Shown: positions 55,808 to 64,000 of the stretch, piece after piece
How the letters are laid out: each line of letters begins with the position of its first letter
Position numbering within the stretch: the stretch's first letter is position 1
Source: an uncultured Eubacteriales bacterium
Lineage (GTDB): Bacteria; Acidobacteriota; Aminicenantia; Aminicenantales; Aminicenantaceae
NCBI GenBank assembly: GCA_964645765.1
Contig: CAZYBE010000006.1
Span: forward strand, 18,175 to 82,174
Direction of reading: 5' to 3'
Length of the DNA stretch: 64,000 bases
Translations under genes and position numbers: made by a program
The notes under the pieces: model-generated
Told to the model about the DNA's origin: nothing
The model's database searches: none
What the model saw: the letters and a program-made list of their open reading frames with translations, nothing else

Positions 55808-56797
55808 TTGGAGGTCAGGATGAGGAAAAAAAGATTATGGACCTTTGTGGCTGTGGTTTTTTCTCTTCTTCTCTTTTTTCATGAAGGGGATGCCCAAGCA
55901 GGAAGAGGAAAAGCGCGGCTCGGCGGAATAGTCATCGATGAAGCCAGAAATCCCATCGCCTCTGCCAAAGTTGTTCTTCAATTCATGCAAGACCAGTCTG
56001 TCCAAAAGGAAACGACTACCAATAAAAACGGGGAATGGGCTTTCCTGGGCCTGGGTTCGGGAAACTGGCGCATCACAACAACAGCCCAGGGTTACCAGCC
56101 TCTCTCCAAGAATGTTGTGGTGAGTCAGATTGATATAAATCCCAAAGTGGTTTTGGTCATGAAGAAGCTGGAGTCGTTGGAAGCTTCTACTATCAAAGAC
56201 GCGGACTCACTGGTTTTCATCGATAGAGCCACTCAGCTCTTTAACGAAAAAAACTACGATGAGGCCCTGACGGTTCTTCAGCAATTCCTGGAAAAGAATC
56301 CTAATGCCTATCAGGCCCATATCCTCGTCGGCGACTGCTATAGAGAGAAAGGGGATTTGGATAAGGCTATCGAAGTCTATAACAGAGCCATTGAAGAGGC
56401 CAAGAAGGACGAAAAAATGGGCAAGGAGATCACCGCCAAGGCACTGGCCGCGATCGGCAATTGTTACTTTAAAAAGGGGGACTTTGAGACGGCCCAGTCC
56501 TTCTTCAAGCAATCCATCGATACCTATCCTGAAAACGAAGCTCTGGCCTATAATGTCGGCGAAATCTATTTTTCCAGCCAGAAGCTCGACGAAGCCATCC
56601 AGTACTTCACCATCGCCACCAAGATCAAGCCCGACTGGCCGCCCCCCTACTACAAACTGGGGCTGGTGAACCTGAACAAGGCCGACTATGAAAAGGCCAA
56701 GGAGCATCTCAAAAAATTCCTCGAACTCGAGCCGGACTCAGAGCTCGCCGCCCAGGTGAAAAATATTCTTGCCTATCTGGAAAAGATAAAAAAGTGA
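55808..56797 (+). CDS. Secreted carboxypeptidase-regulatory-like domain plus TPR-repeat protein
   Basis: Signal peptide. Ig-like transthyretin-type domain (GGIVIDEARNPIASAKVVL), then TPR units. Confidence 0.5.
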   Translation: MEVRMRKKRLWTFVAVVFSLLLFFHEGDAQAGRGKARLGGIVIDEARNPIASAKVVLQFMQDQSVQKETTTNKNGEWAFLGLGSGNWRITTTAQGYQPLSKNVVVSQIDINPKVVLVMKKLESLEASTIKDADSLVFIDRATQLFNEKNYDEALTVLQQFLEKNPNAYQAHILVGDCYREKGDLDKAIEVYNRAIEEAKKDEKMGKEITAKALAAIGNCYFKKGDFETAQSFFKQSIDTYPENEALAYNVGEIYFSSQKLDEAIQYFTIATKIKPDWPPPYYKLGLVNLNKADYEKAKEHLKKFLELEPDSELAAQVKNILAYLEKIKK

Positions 56798-56811
56798 GGC
56801 CGGGAAGGAAT

Positions 56812-59043
56812 TTATTTCTGTCTTAAGAATTTCTCTAAATTGACAAGTTCCTGCCGCGCTGAAGTGATGCGTGATTCGTCCTCGCCTTCGGTGTTCTCGA
56901 GATAAAGCTTCAGATAATTAACCGCTTCTTGAATCTTTCCCACATTTTTGAAGGCAACGGCCAGGTTGTAGTAGCCCAGCGGTGTCGGATGGAGGCTCAC
57001 CGCCTTTTTCAGGCTGTCGATGGAATCGCTTATTTTCCCCGCATAGCCGTAAGCAATCCCCAAATCTTGCCATATTTCGTAATCATCGGGATAATCACTG
57101 ACGAGGATTTTGAAAACATCGATAGCTTCTTTAATTTTCCCTGATGTGGCCAGGTTCATGGCGTAGTTCTTGCGTAAAAATTTATTTTCCGGCTCAACGG
57201 CCAGAGCTTTTTCGAAATAGCCCCGGGCTTCCTCCTTCTGACCCATGAAATTGAGACTCCAGGCTGAGGCCAAGAGGGCATCAAATGAGCGGGGGTTAAC
57301 CTCCAAAACAGCCTGCATCGCCTCCAGAGCCTTTTTCAATCTTCCCACCACCATATATGTATGACCCAGCCGAGTAAGGAGAATCTCGGATTTTGGGATT
57401 TTTTCTACCCCCTGCTGGAGAGTGCTGATGGCGTCCTCAAACTTGCCCATTTTGGCTTGCATAAGGGCTAGATTGACGTAGCTCACCGAGGTCTCAGGCC
57501 GTAAAGAAAGGATTTTTTCATAAATCTTGGCTGCTTCGGCAAAATTGGATTCAAGGTCGAATGTCTCCGCCTGCTGGATCAGGCGCAGCTCTCCGAGTCT
57601 ATCTTTAGGGTCGGGAAGCGGCCCGCTGGGAACGTTCTCCGAATAACTTATATAGCCCAAAGACCTCAGCTTTTCTCTCTCTTCGGCTGTCATCTCCCTC
57701 TTTGCCGATTGCAGGAGGGAGGAATTTCTGGCGACCGTCTCTTCAAGCTTCGCCCTCTTCTCTTGCCCTATTTTTTTCTCTTCATCGATGACGTTTCTCA
57801 TCTCCTCTGGGTCTTTTTTCAGGTTATACAACTCTTCCTTCGGTGCCCGGATGTATTTCCAGTCGCCGCCGACCAGGCCGACAAGCTCCGACCAGCCGTA
57901 ATTCTCCCTCGGGAAATACGTTTCGATGTACGAGTCGAGGTCCTCTTTTTTCTTTCCCGCTATATAAGGCAAGAGGCTTAAGCCCTGAATGTCTTTACTT
58001 GCCGCGACATCGAGCATATCCAGAACAGTTGGCATGAGGTCGATGAGCCTCACCCTCGGCTTGACAGTCAAGCCCTGGGGAAGGTGATTCTCAGCATAGA
58101 AGACCAAAGGGACTTTCATCGTCCCCTGGTAGAGAAAAATACCGTGGCCGGCCTCCACTTTCTCGCCGAAAGCCTCGCCATGGTCTCCGGCCAGGATGAG
58201 GAAGGTGTTGGCGAGCAAATTTTTCTCTCGGAGTTTATCGACCACCTTCCCGACATAATCATCCATGTAGGAGATTTCTCCGTCATAGGGATTATCGGCA
58301 AATTCTTCTTTGTAGGGCGAAGGGGGTTCATAGGGAAGATGAGGGTCATAAAAATGAACCCAGCAGAAAAATTGTCCGGCGTGGTTTTTATCAAACCAGC
58401 GGGAAAAAGCCTCGAAGACCTTGTCTGCCTTTCTTTCCGAGTTCAAGGCCTTAAAGGCCTGGCCTTCGGCGAACCTGTCGTCGTAGACATCAAAGCCCTG
58501 GTCGAGCCCGAACCGGGAATCAACGGTGAACGAGCCGACAAAAGCCGCTGTCGCGAAACCCTTTCCCTTCAAGACTTCGGCCAGGGTGGTGATTTCTGGA
58601 CGAAGAGCATAGGAGCCGTTGTTGTGAACCTGGTGATAGATGGGGTAAGTCCCGGTTAAGATCGAGCAGTGTGAAGGAGTGGTCAGGGGGACCTGGCAGT
58701 AAACATTCAAAAAGCGGACGCCTTTTGAAGCTAAGGAATCTAAACGCGGGGTTTTCGCCTTTTGGTATCCATAGCAGCCAAGCCTGTCTGCCCTGGTCGT
58801 ATCCAGGGTGATGAGCAGGACATTCAAGCGGCTGTCTTTCCTGACTTTGCTCGGAAGGAGAAAAAGGCGAACAACAAAAAGCAAGGCGATTAAAAGAAGT
58901 AAAATAAAGGAAAGAACAAGATATAGCTTTACCTTTTTTGGCTTTTGCTGTCGAGGTTCTTCTGTGGATGGTTGCGGTGCGGGTGGCCGGATGACGCTTT
59001 CTTGAGCCTTCTTTCTTTTTTTCTTTCTCCTCTTCTTGGCCAT
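56812..59043 (-). CDS. Membrane-anchored sulfatase-like (alkaline phosphatase superfamily) hydrolase/transferase with C-terminal TPR repeats. The active-site motif is TTPSH, not C/SxPxR.
   Basis: Polybasic N-terminus then TM. NVLLITLDTTRADRLGCYG...LTTPSHCSILTG. Five or more TPR units at the C-terminus. Confidence 0.6.
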   Translation of the reverse strand: MAKKRRKKKRKKAQESVIRPPAPQPSTEEPRQQKPKKVKLYLVLSFILLLLIALLFVVRLFLLPSKVRKDSRLNVLLITLDTTRADRLGCYGYQKAKTPRLDSLASKGVRFLNVYCQVPLTTPSHCSILTGTYPIYHQVHNNGSYALRPEITTLAEVLKGKGFATAAFVGSFTVDSRFGLDQGFDVYDDRFAEGQAFKALNSERKADKVFEAFSRWFDKNHAGQFFCWVHFYDPHLPYEPPSPYKEEFADNPYDGEISYMDDYVGKVVDKLREKNLLANTFLILAGDHGEAFGEKVEAGHGIFLYQGTMKVPLVFYAENHLPQGLTVKPRVRLIDLMPTVLDMLDVAASKDIQGLSLLPYIAGKKKEDLDSYIETYFPRENYGWSELVGLVGGDWKYIRAPKEELYNLKKDPEEMRNVIDEEKKIGQEKRAKLEETVARNSSLLQSAKREMTAEEREKLRSLGYISYSENVPSGPLPDPKDRLGELRLIQQAETFDLESNFAEAAKIYEKILSLRPETSVSYVNLALMQAKMGKFEDAISTLQQGVEKIPKSEILLTRLGHTYMVVGRLKKALEAMQAVLEVNPRSFDALLASAWSLNFMGQKEEARGYFEKALAVEPENKFLRKNYAMNLATSGKIKEAIDVFKILVSDYPDDYEIWQDLGIAYGYAGKISDSIDSLKKAVSLHPTPLGYYNLAVAFKNVGKIQEAVNYLKLYLENTEGEDESRITSARQELVNLEKFLRQK

Positions 59044-59076
59044 GAGCTTAAAATTTACCTTAATGACCTTCAGGAG

Positions 59077-59140
59077 TCAAACGCTAATACGAGCGGTGAG
59101 TGGTGAAGGCCGGTATGAGGGCTGAGCGGGCATGGTTTCT
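59077..59140. repeat. Copy of the intergenic repeat family (gaaggccgg ... ctgagcgggcatggtttctct)
   Basis: 21-mer identical to 24407-24427. Confidence 0.4.
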
Positions 59141-59146
59141 CTGCGC

Positions 59147-59185
59147 AAAAAAAAACCCGCCTCCCCACTCGGGGGAGGCGGGTTT
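59147..59185 (-). terminator. Rho-independent terminator for the TonB-dependent receptor gene (perfect 11-bp GC stem; T9 tract on the minus strand)
   Basis: aaaaaaaaacccgcctcccc-actc-ggggaggcggg. On the minus strand the stem is followed by TTTTTTTTT. Confidence 0.65.
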
Positions 59186-59210
59186 GAGCTTCGACTTATC
59201 TGCGAGGAAC

Positions 59211-62200
59211 TTAGAAGGTGATCTTGGCTCCGAACCTGACCGAGATTGCGCCGTAGAAACCCGTTTTCATCAGCCACCTCGGATCCTGGACATAATTCCA
59301 TTGTCCACCAGTTATATCCCAGTTTTTGGAAAGGATCGTATCTTCGTCAACACTCAGCGCGTACAGGTTTCGGACTTCGTAAAGTCTGTTTGCTGTTTTG
59401 ACGTTGAAGACGTTGTCGACATTGACGTTGAAGTTGATCGTGTATTTATCCCCTACTCTCAAGTTGTATTCGGCATAAGCGTTCATGAACCACATGAAAG
59501 GCGTCCGCATCTTTTTCAGGGTGTCGCCTGATTCAGCTTCTCTGATATAGCCTCTGTTGAAGGGATACCAGTATGTCCCGAGAGGCGACCAGGTTTCGGT
59601 CACCGGAGTACCGCTCATCGCCTGAACAAGAGTGCCGACCGTAAGGTGGAAGGGGAAGGTGTAGGCGCCGTAGAATTTGAACTGGTGGGGCCTATCGGTC
59701 ATCAGAGGTCCGTCAATTAGTTCAAGATTCTTGGTATAAGCCATGGCCCAGTTGTCAAACATTCTCTCCACATAAGGGCTGACTCGGCCGTACTCATCAG
59801 CAGCTGCCAGACCGGAGCAGTTGCCGGTAAGACTGCTCAAGGTGTAAGAGAACCCTGCCAGCCAGTTGTTGCTCAGCCTCTTGTCAACGGAGAGGTTGAC
59901 CGCCCAATACTCGCGTTTTGCCTTAGGTGTCTCTGGATAGGCGGGGTCCATCTTGCCTTCAGGTTCATGGAGAGAATAGCCAAAGCCAGGGTTACATTCG
60001 TAGTATTGCTCTCCGAGCAAGGGCACGATGACGCCCACGTCTTCAATCATATAGCGGAGGTGCTTCTGAACAAAACGAGCGGTAAAAGCAAGGTTTTCCA
60101 TCAAGCTTTTCTCTACACCCAGACTAAATTCCCGCTGGCTAACGGGATGCAGGTCAGGGTCTGTGCTATCAAAAGAGGGATACCGCCAGTCAAAAACAAT
60201 CGGGTAAGTAACCGTCCCTACTGGCGCGGGATAAGTTATTACTTTCCCCACTCCTGGGAAGTTGTTGCCTACTCCAATTGTCGCCCAATCTAAACTGTCC
60301 AGTGGGTAGTAGGCGCTCTTCCATTTCATCCCGGCATAGGAGTGGATAGCCATGTAGGTCTTGATGACGTCATAATAGAGGCCGTAGGTTCCAAAGATTT
60401 TTAAGCTGGCATCGCCAAACATGTCATAGACGAACCCGAATCTGGGGGCAAGTTTATCACCCCACTTGAATTCGATGGCTTTAAAACCTGAAGGAATAGA
60501 AGGATCCTTAGAGTAGGGGGGGACATATTCTGATTCTGCTCGAACACCAAGGTTCACGGTCAGCTTGTTAGCAATCGTCCAGCTGTCCTGGATATAGACT
60601 GCCCATCGGTCGTTATAAACTTTCCAGGACTCGCCAAAAGAATCAGTGACTGGGCTTCCACGGACTTCGTAATAGCCGTATGTTCCCACCATGCCGTAAT
60701 CATATCCACCGAGGACGAGCGGTCGGCCCCAGTTCATGAAAACTTCAGGGTATTGCTTATTGACGGCGCTCTCAGCGTCTCCTCCCTGCCGTACCCATTG
60801 GACTCCGGCTCTCCAGGCGTGCTCTCCGTAAAAATTAAGATAATAGGTGAAATCGGCGCCGGCGTGGTTCTTGTACTGTATATATTTTTCTGTTTCATAG
60901 ATCCTGGGACTGGTCTGCCAGCCCCTGATCCTATAGCGTGAGTCGGTTGTGGCAACGTAAGCTGAATTTGAGTATGCAAAATTCTGGCGGGTCGCAGTAG
61001 CTACAACCTGCTGATTTGTGGTGTTGGAATAGAATCTGCCTCCGCGGAGGTTGACCATGAAGTTATTCCCGAAAGTGAAATCAGCAAAGCCCTGGGCAGT
61101 ATAGTTGGGATAGTCGAAACCGTATTTTTCGTAAATATCAGTGGGACTACCTGTGCCGTCTCGAGCCGGAAGATTTCCCCTGTATTTGCTGAAATTGTTG
61201 ACATAAGAAGCGCCTACCCGCACGAAATTGAAAGGCTGCGCGGTTATCTTGGCCTGCCAGTTGTACTCCCAGTCATCCCGTTCGTTTCTTCCATATACTG
61301 GGGGGGTAGTTAAATATGTAACAGTTCTTGTGGTGGGTGTATACACGGGGAGCACTGTAGCGAAGAACCACACTCTGTCTTTGATTAAATACCCGCTCAG
61401 GTTAAAACCAGCTTCAATCCTGTCCCTTGTGTCCTTTCCATACATGTCCTGGTAATTGACATATTCAGCTTCAGTAATAATTAAGGGATTCAGCCGTAGA
61501 GTGTCTCTTTCTTTTCCTGTCAGTCTCGACCCCTCATAATAGCCGATGAGTTCGCCGGTAAATGCATTTCCTCCCTGTCTGGTGACAACAGTGATCACGC
61601 CTCCTATGGCGCCGCCAAATTCGGCCGGATAGCCGCTGGCCACGACCTTGACTTCATCGACGAATTCGAAGGCAGCGCTCTGACCGCGGACACCGGTCTG
61701 AAGCCTGGTAATGTCAGTTCCGTCCATGTAGAACATATTCTCAGCACCAGAAGCACCGTCAACGGACAGCCCGCCAAGCCAGGGCTCTGAGTTCACACCA
61801 GGAACAGCACTCACCAGGGTGTCAAAATTTCTTCCCCTGGGTAGAATCATAAACATCTCCTTGGTCAGGGTCATGCCTTTGGTCGTGCTCTTGACGTCGA
61901 TGAGCGGTGACTGGCCGACTACCGTCACTTCCTCTTCTATGGCACCCATCTGCATTTTAATGTCAATTCTAAGGGTTTCCTCGACGTGGACGATGATATT
62001 TTCCCGGATGTAGGGCCTGAATCCCTGAAGATTGAAGGTGATTTTGTATTCGCCCGGCGTAAGGTTAAACAGGCGGTAAAGGCCGCTTGCATCTGTAACC
62101 GTCGCCGCCTTACCAATCAACTTCGGGCTTGTGGCCTCTATGGAAACACCGGGAAGAGGAGTGCCTTCTTCATCGGTGACAGTTCCGTAAATTTTTCCGG

Positions 62201-62273
62201 TCGGAATCTGGGCGGAGAGAAAGACGCAGACGAAGAACAGGCCAAGCAAGGATAGGATGATTCTTTTAAACAT
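59211..62273 (-). CDS. TonB-dependent outer-membrane receptor with N-terminal carboxypeptidase-regulatory-like domain
   Basis: Start at MFKRIILSLLG (RBS AGGAGG, 7-nt spacer). CarbopepD_reg segment GTVTDEEGTPLPGVSIE, plug then barrel, C-terminal F. Confidence 0.7.
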   Translation of the reverse strand: MFKRIILSLLGLFFVCVFLSAQIPTGKIYGTVTDEEGTPLPGVSIEATSPKLIGKAATVTDASGLYRLFNLTPGEYKITFNLQGFRPYIRENIIVHVEETLRIDIKMQMGAIEEEVTVVGQSPLIDVKSTTKGMTLTKEMFMILPRGRNFDTLVSAVPGVNSEPWLGGLSVDGASGAENMFYMDGTDITRLQTGVRGQSAAFEFVDEVKVVASGYPAEFGGAIGGVITVVTRQGGNAFTGELIGYYEGSRLTGKERDTLRLNPLIITEAEYVNYQDMYGKDTRDRIEAGFNLSGYLIKDRVWFFATVLPVYTPTTRTVTYLTTPPVYGRNERDDWEYNWQAKITAQPFNFVRVGASYVNNFSKYRGNLPARDGTGSPTDIYEKYGFDYPNYTAQGFADFTFGNNFMVNLRGGRFYSNTTNQQVVATATRQNFAYSNSAYVATTDSRYRIRGWQTSPRIYETEKYIQYKNHAGADFTYYLNFYGEHAWRAGVQWVRQGGDAESAVNKQYPEVFMNWGRPLVLGGYDYGMVGTYGYYEVRGSPVTDSFGESWKVYNDRWAVYIQDSWTIANKLTVNLGVRAESEYVPPYSKDPSIPSGFKAIEFKWGDKLAPRFGFVYDMFGDASLKIFGTYGLYYDVIKTYMAIHSYAGMKWKSAYYPLDSLDWATIGVGNNFPGVGKVITYPAPVGTVTYPIVFDWRYPSFDSTDPDLHPVSQREFSLGVEKSLMENLAFTARFVQKHLRYMIEDVGVIVPLLGEQYYECNPGFGYSLHEPEGKMDPAYPETPKAKREYWAVNLSVDKRLSNNWLAGFSYTLSSLTGNCSGLAAADEYGRVSPYVERMFDNWAMAYTKNLELIDGPLMTDRPHQFKFYGAYTFPFHLTVGTLVQAMSGTPVTETWSPLGTYWYPFNRGYIREAESGDTLKKMRTPFMWFMNAYAEYNLRVGDKYTINFNVNVDNVFNVKTANRLYEVRNLYALSVDEDTILSKNWDITGGQWNYVQDPRWLMKTGFYGAISVRFGAKITF

Positions 62274-62379
62274 CCAGTTTTCCTCCTTTTTTTCTTTCAC
62301 GCTTTTAAAGCGATTTCCCGATTGATAGTCATCTCTATCAGACACTCTTTTTTGAGCGCTGATTGAGATAACTCCACCC

Positions 62380-62404
62380 TATGGAGCAATAGAATTGCTC
62401 CATA
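62380..62404. promoter_or_regulatory. Perfect 11-3-11 palindrome TATGGAGCAAT-AGA-ATTGCTCCATA about 107 bp upstream of the TonB receptor start (candidate operator)
   Basis: Read directly. No U-tract on either side, so not an intrinsic terminator. Confidence 0.3.
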
Positions 62405-62736
62405 ACCTATGCTCCTTCTTACTGCTGGCTTAGAATTATCACCTCCTATACAGAAAAATTTATTTTTATCCATATTAATACTTCTTTTTATCTCATGCAA
62501 AAATTGTGCCAATAAATTTTAAATTTATTTTTATTATTTTCAGTAAGTTAAGTTTTCGACCGGGTATTGATTATCCAATTTTTTGAATTCGATTCAAAAG
62601 AATGGATTGTCTTTGACTCTTTCGTCATTTTCCTTGTCTCCTCTTTTTTTATTTTTTGTCAATAGAGCGGTGGTAGATCAGACCATATTAAATTTAAATG
62701 ATTCTCTTCCAAATTAAAATAATGGACAGGATGCTA

Positions 62737-63258
62737 TTACTTTAGCCTTTTGAGAAGCGCCTGCCAGCGAAGGATGTGGCCGAATTCATCAGCCTGATTC
62801 TTCTCGATTATCTTACGGGTTTCGTCATCCCACTCAATCTCTTTCAAAAGATTTTGGTAATGGCGGACAGCCTTCTCCTCAGTCCAGATGCCTGTCTTGA
62901 GCACAGCCTTTCGGCCCATAAATCTTGAAAAGAAGCCCAGGCCAAATCCAACAAGCCAGTAAAGAAACCTATGAATGCTCGGATGAAAACCGTATTCATA
63001 AAGCTTGACCTGAAAATCCTGGAGATGCATCATCTCGTTGCCCATAGCTATGATGAGCTGCAGGTCGTGCTCAGTCGCTTTTTTAGAAATCTGGAACTTG
63101 TAGATATTGACTGCCATTGTCTCCAGAGTGTGAAAGGTCTGCAAGCCCTTCTTAATGTTTTTTAGCTTTTTCTCGGACATTCCCTGCCCTCTGAATTTAA
63201 AGTCTTCGACAACCATTCTCGGCCGCACGATAGAAATATCAAAATCCTTCTTTGCCAT
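62737..63258 (-). CDS. Ferritin-like di-iron protein, COQ7 (demethoxyubiquinone hydroxylase) family-like
   Basis: Two ExxH motifs (GNEMMH, ADEFGH) in a four-helix-bundle-length protein of 173 aa. Confidence 0.45.
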   Translation of the reverse strand: MAKKDFDISIVRPRMVVEDFKFRGQGMSEKKLKNIKKGLQTFHTLETMAVNIYKFQISKKATEHDLQLIIAMGNEMMHLQDFQVKLYEYGFHPSIHRFLYWLVGFGLGFFSRFMGRKAVLKTGIWTEEKAVRHYQNLLKEIEWDDETRKIIEKNQADEFGHILRWQALLKRLK

Positions 63259-63279
63259 GACGAGCCTCCCTCATGGGCT

Positions 63280-63468
63280 TTAAAAGATATGGCCAAAATT
63301 GAAGTAGATCCCTTCTCCTTCGCGGCTTAGGCCCATATCAAACCTAACAACAAAGTTTCGCAGATAATACCTCAATCCCCAGCCGACATCAACAGCAATC
63401 TTATCCAGCCTCGCTCGTGACAGGGAGGGCCAGACTCGGCCTGCGTCCAGGAAAACATTTCCCCCCAA
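63280..63468 (-). pseudogene. Remnant of an Omp85/BamA-type outer-membrane barrel C-terminus (62-aa orphan fragment)
   Basis: Ends GEGIYFNFGHIF*, like surface antigen D15 C-termini. No upstream barrel or POTRA region; flanked by a repeat element. Confidence 0.3.
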
Positions 63469-63529
63469 TTTCTTCCAGAGAGGAAAGCGGACTGTTCTCT
63501 TTTTTCATTACAACTCACGAACCTGCTCA

Positions 63530-63600
63530 TTGACAATAGCGAAGGCTTAGTGCTTAGAAAACCGTTTTCAAAGCACTAAGCCTGAGCTTTGGTGTAGACC
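63530..63600. repeat. Copy of the intergenic palindromic repeat family (gcgaaggcttagtgcttagaaaaccgttttcaaagcactaagcc)
   Basis: Palindrome cttagtgctt...aagcactaag around gaaaaccgttttc. Overlaps the stop codon of the radical SAM gene. Confidence 0.4.
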
Positions 63601-64000
63601 TTTTTTTGGGCATGGTCTCGCTGGAAGATGGATAATTTAAGAAGGATGAAAGACAGCAAGAAAGGCTGAAATGCTTTCCTCAGAAGGCCGCCTTCAGCCG
63701 ACATGGCGGTGATGAATCTCCACCACCTTTTCAGGATGTTTTTCCAGGAATAGAAATGCTTATTTACCCTGCGAAATGCTTCGAAAACTTCTTCAGAAGA
63801 AACTCTTTTGGGCTTAAAGACAAGATGGTCGCCTTCATAGTGGGAGAGGTTTCTATCAAAAATCCGTCCCTCTTCATCCACCTTTTTATGGAATGGTGTT
63901 CCTGGAATTGGAATAGAAATGGAGGTCAGGATTGAGCTCGGGTCGATCTCGTCAATTTTCTCCGGCAGGCTCTGATAATAGGCCTGAGTGTCCTCATCAA
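63576..64000 (-). CDS. B12-binding radical SAM protein, C-terminal (DUF4070-like) portion. Gene continues beyond the window.
   Basis: Continuous frame from the window end: ...AYYQSLPEKIDEIDPSSILTSISIPIPGTPFHKKVDEEGRIFDRNLSHYEGDHLVFKP... Confidence 0.5.
   Translation of the reverse strand, partial: DEDTQAYYQSLPEKIDEIDPSSILTSISIPIPGTPFHKKVDEEGRIFDRNLSHYEGDHLVFKPKRVSSEEVFEAFRRVNKHFYSWKNILKRWWRFITAMSAEGGLLRKAFQPFLLSFILLKLSIFQRDHAQKKVYTKAQA

Noticed and set aside
62273-62345. Longer N-terminal extension of the TonB receptor (MSDRDDYQSGNRFKSVKEKKEENW…)
   Set aside because: An internal ATG at 62273 has a perfect AGGAGG RBS and starts directly at the signal peptide. The extension is probably untranslated.

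Overview
This is a 64-kb, densely coding chromosomal window from a diderm bacterium of uncertain lineage. The gene content (many TPR proteins, CarbopepD_reg-type TonB-dependent receptors, GWxTD-domain and 6-bladed beta-propeller lipoproteins, a tungsten-type aldehyde:ferredoxin oxidoreductase, corrinoid-dependent methyltransferase components) points to an anaerobic Acidobacteria- or FCB-like or candidate-phylum organism, but this is only a guess. Roughly 50 protein genes are recognisable, and every call is from reading the six-frame translations; nothing was searched. The main blocks are: a proline-racemase-family gene fragment; a sugar-phosphate isomerase and a YbaK-type deacylase; a Tat-signal Fe/Mn superoxide dismutase; a sodium:solute symporter; an aldehyde:ferredoxin oxidoreductase, tandem class II aldolase and flavodoxin operon lying next to a rhamnose block (GH78 rhamnosidase, rhaA, rhaB); a B12-binding corrinoid protein plus two URO-D/MtaA-like genes, each paired with a 6-bladed propeller lipoprotein; housekeeping genes asnS, rimO, pgpA, cinA, thpR, plsY-gpsA, ahcY and metK; an overlapping-gene operon of M16-M16-FTCD-THEP1 NTPase-cysteine hydrolase; a macro-domain protein; znuACB; a GT2 with a second PlsY paralog; a six-hairpin glycosidase; pepD; a tandem-duplicated secreted-domain/outer-membrane-barrel pair; a GWxTD/TPR cluster; a sulfatase-like TPR protein; a TonB-dependent receptor; a COQ7-like protein; and a radical-SAM gene fragment. 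No rRNA, tRNA or CRISPR genes were found. The most unusual feature is a ~165-nt structured element present twice (24.6 kb and 47.9 kb). It has an identical 48-nt core, and three stems differ in sequence between the two copies while base-pairing is preserved in each. This is a strong candidate for an undescribed structured non-coding RNA. A second family of palindromic intergenic repeats (units built on gcgaaggc, gaaaaccgttt and ctgagcgggcatggtt) is scattered at 24.4, 33.5, 45.1, 59.1 and 63.5 kb. Two paralogous small-protein plus Pol-beta nucleotidyltransferase modules resemble toxin-antitoxin pairs. The AOR-aldolase-flavodoxin operon suggests a tungsten-dependent route for the lactaldehyde produced by rhamnose catabolism.
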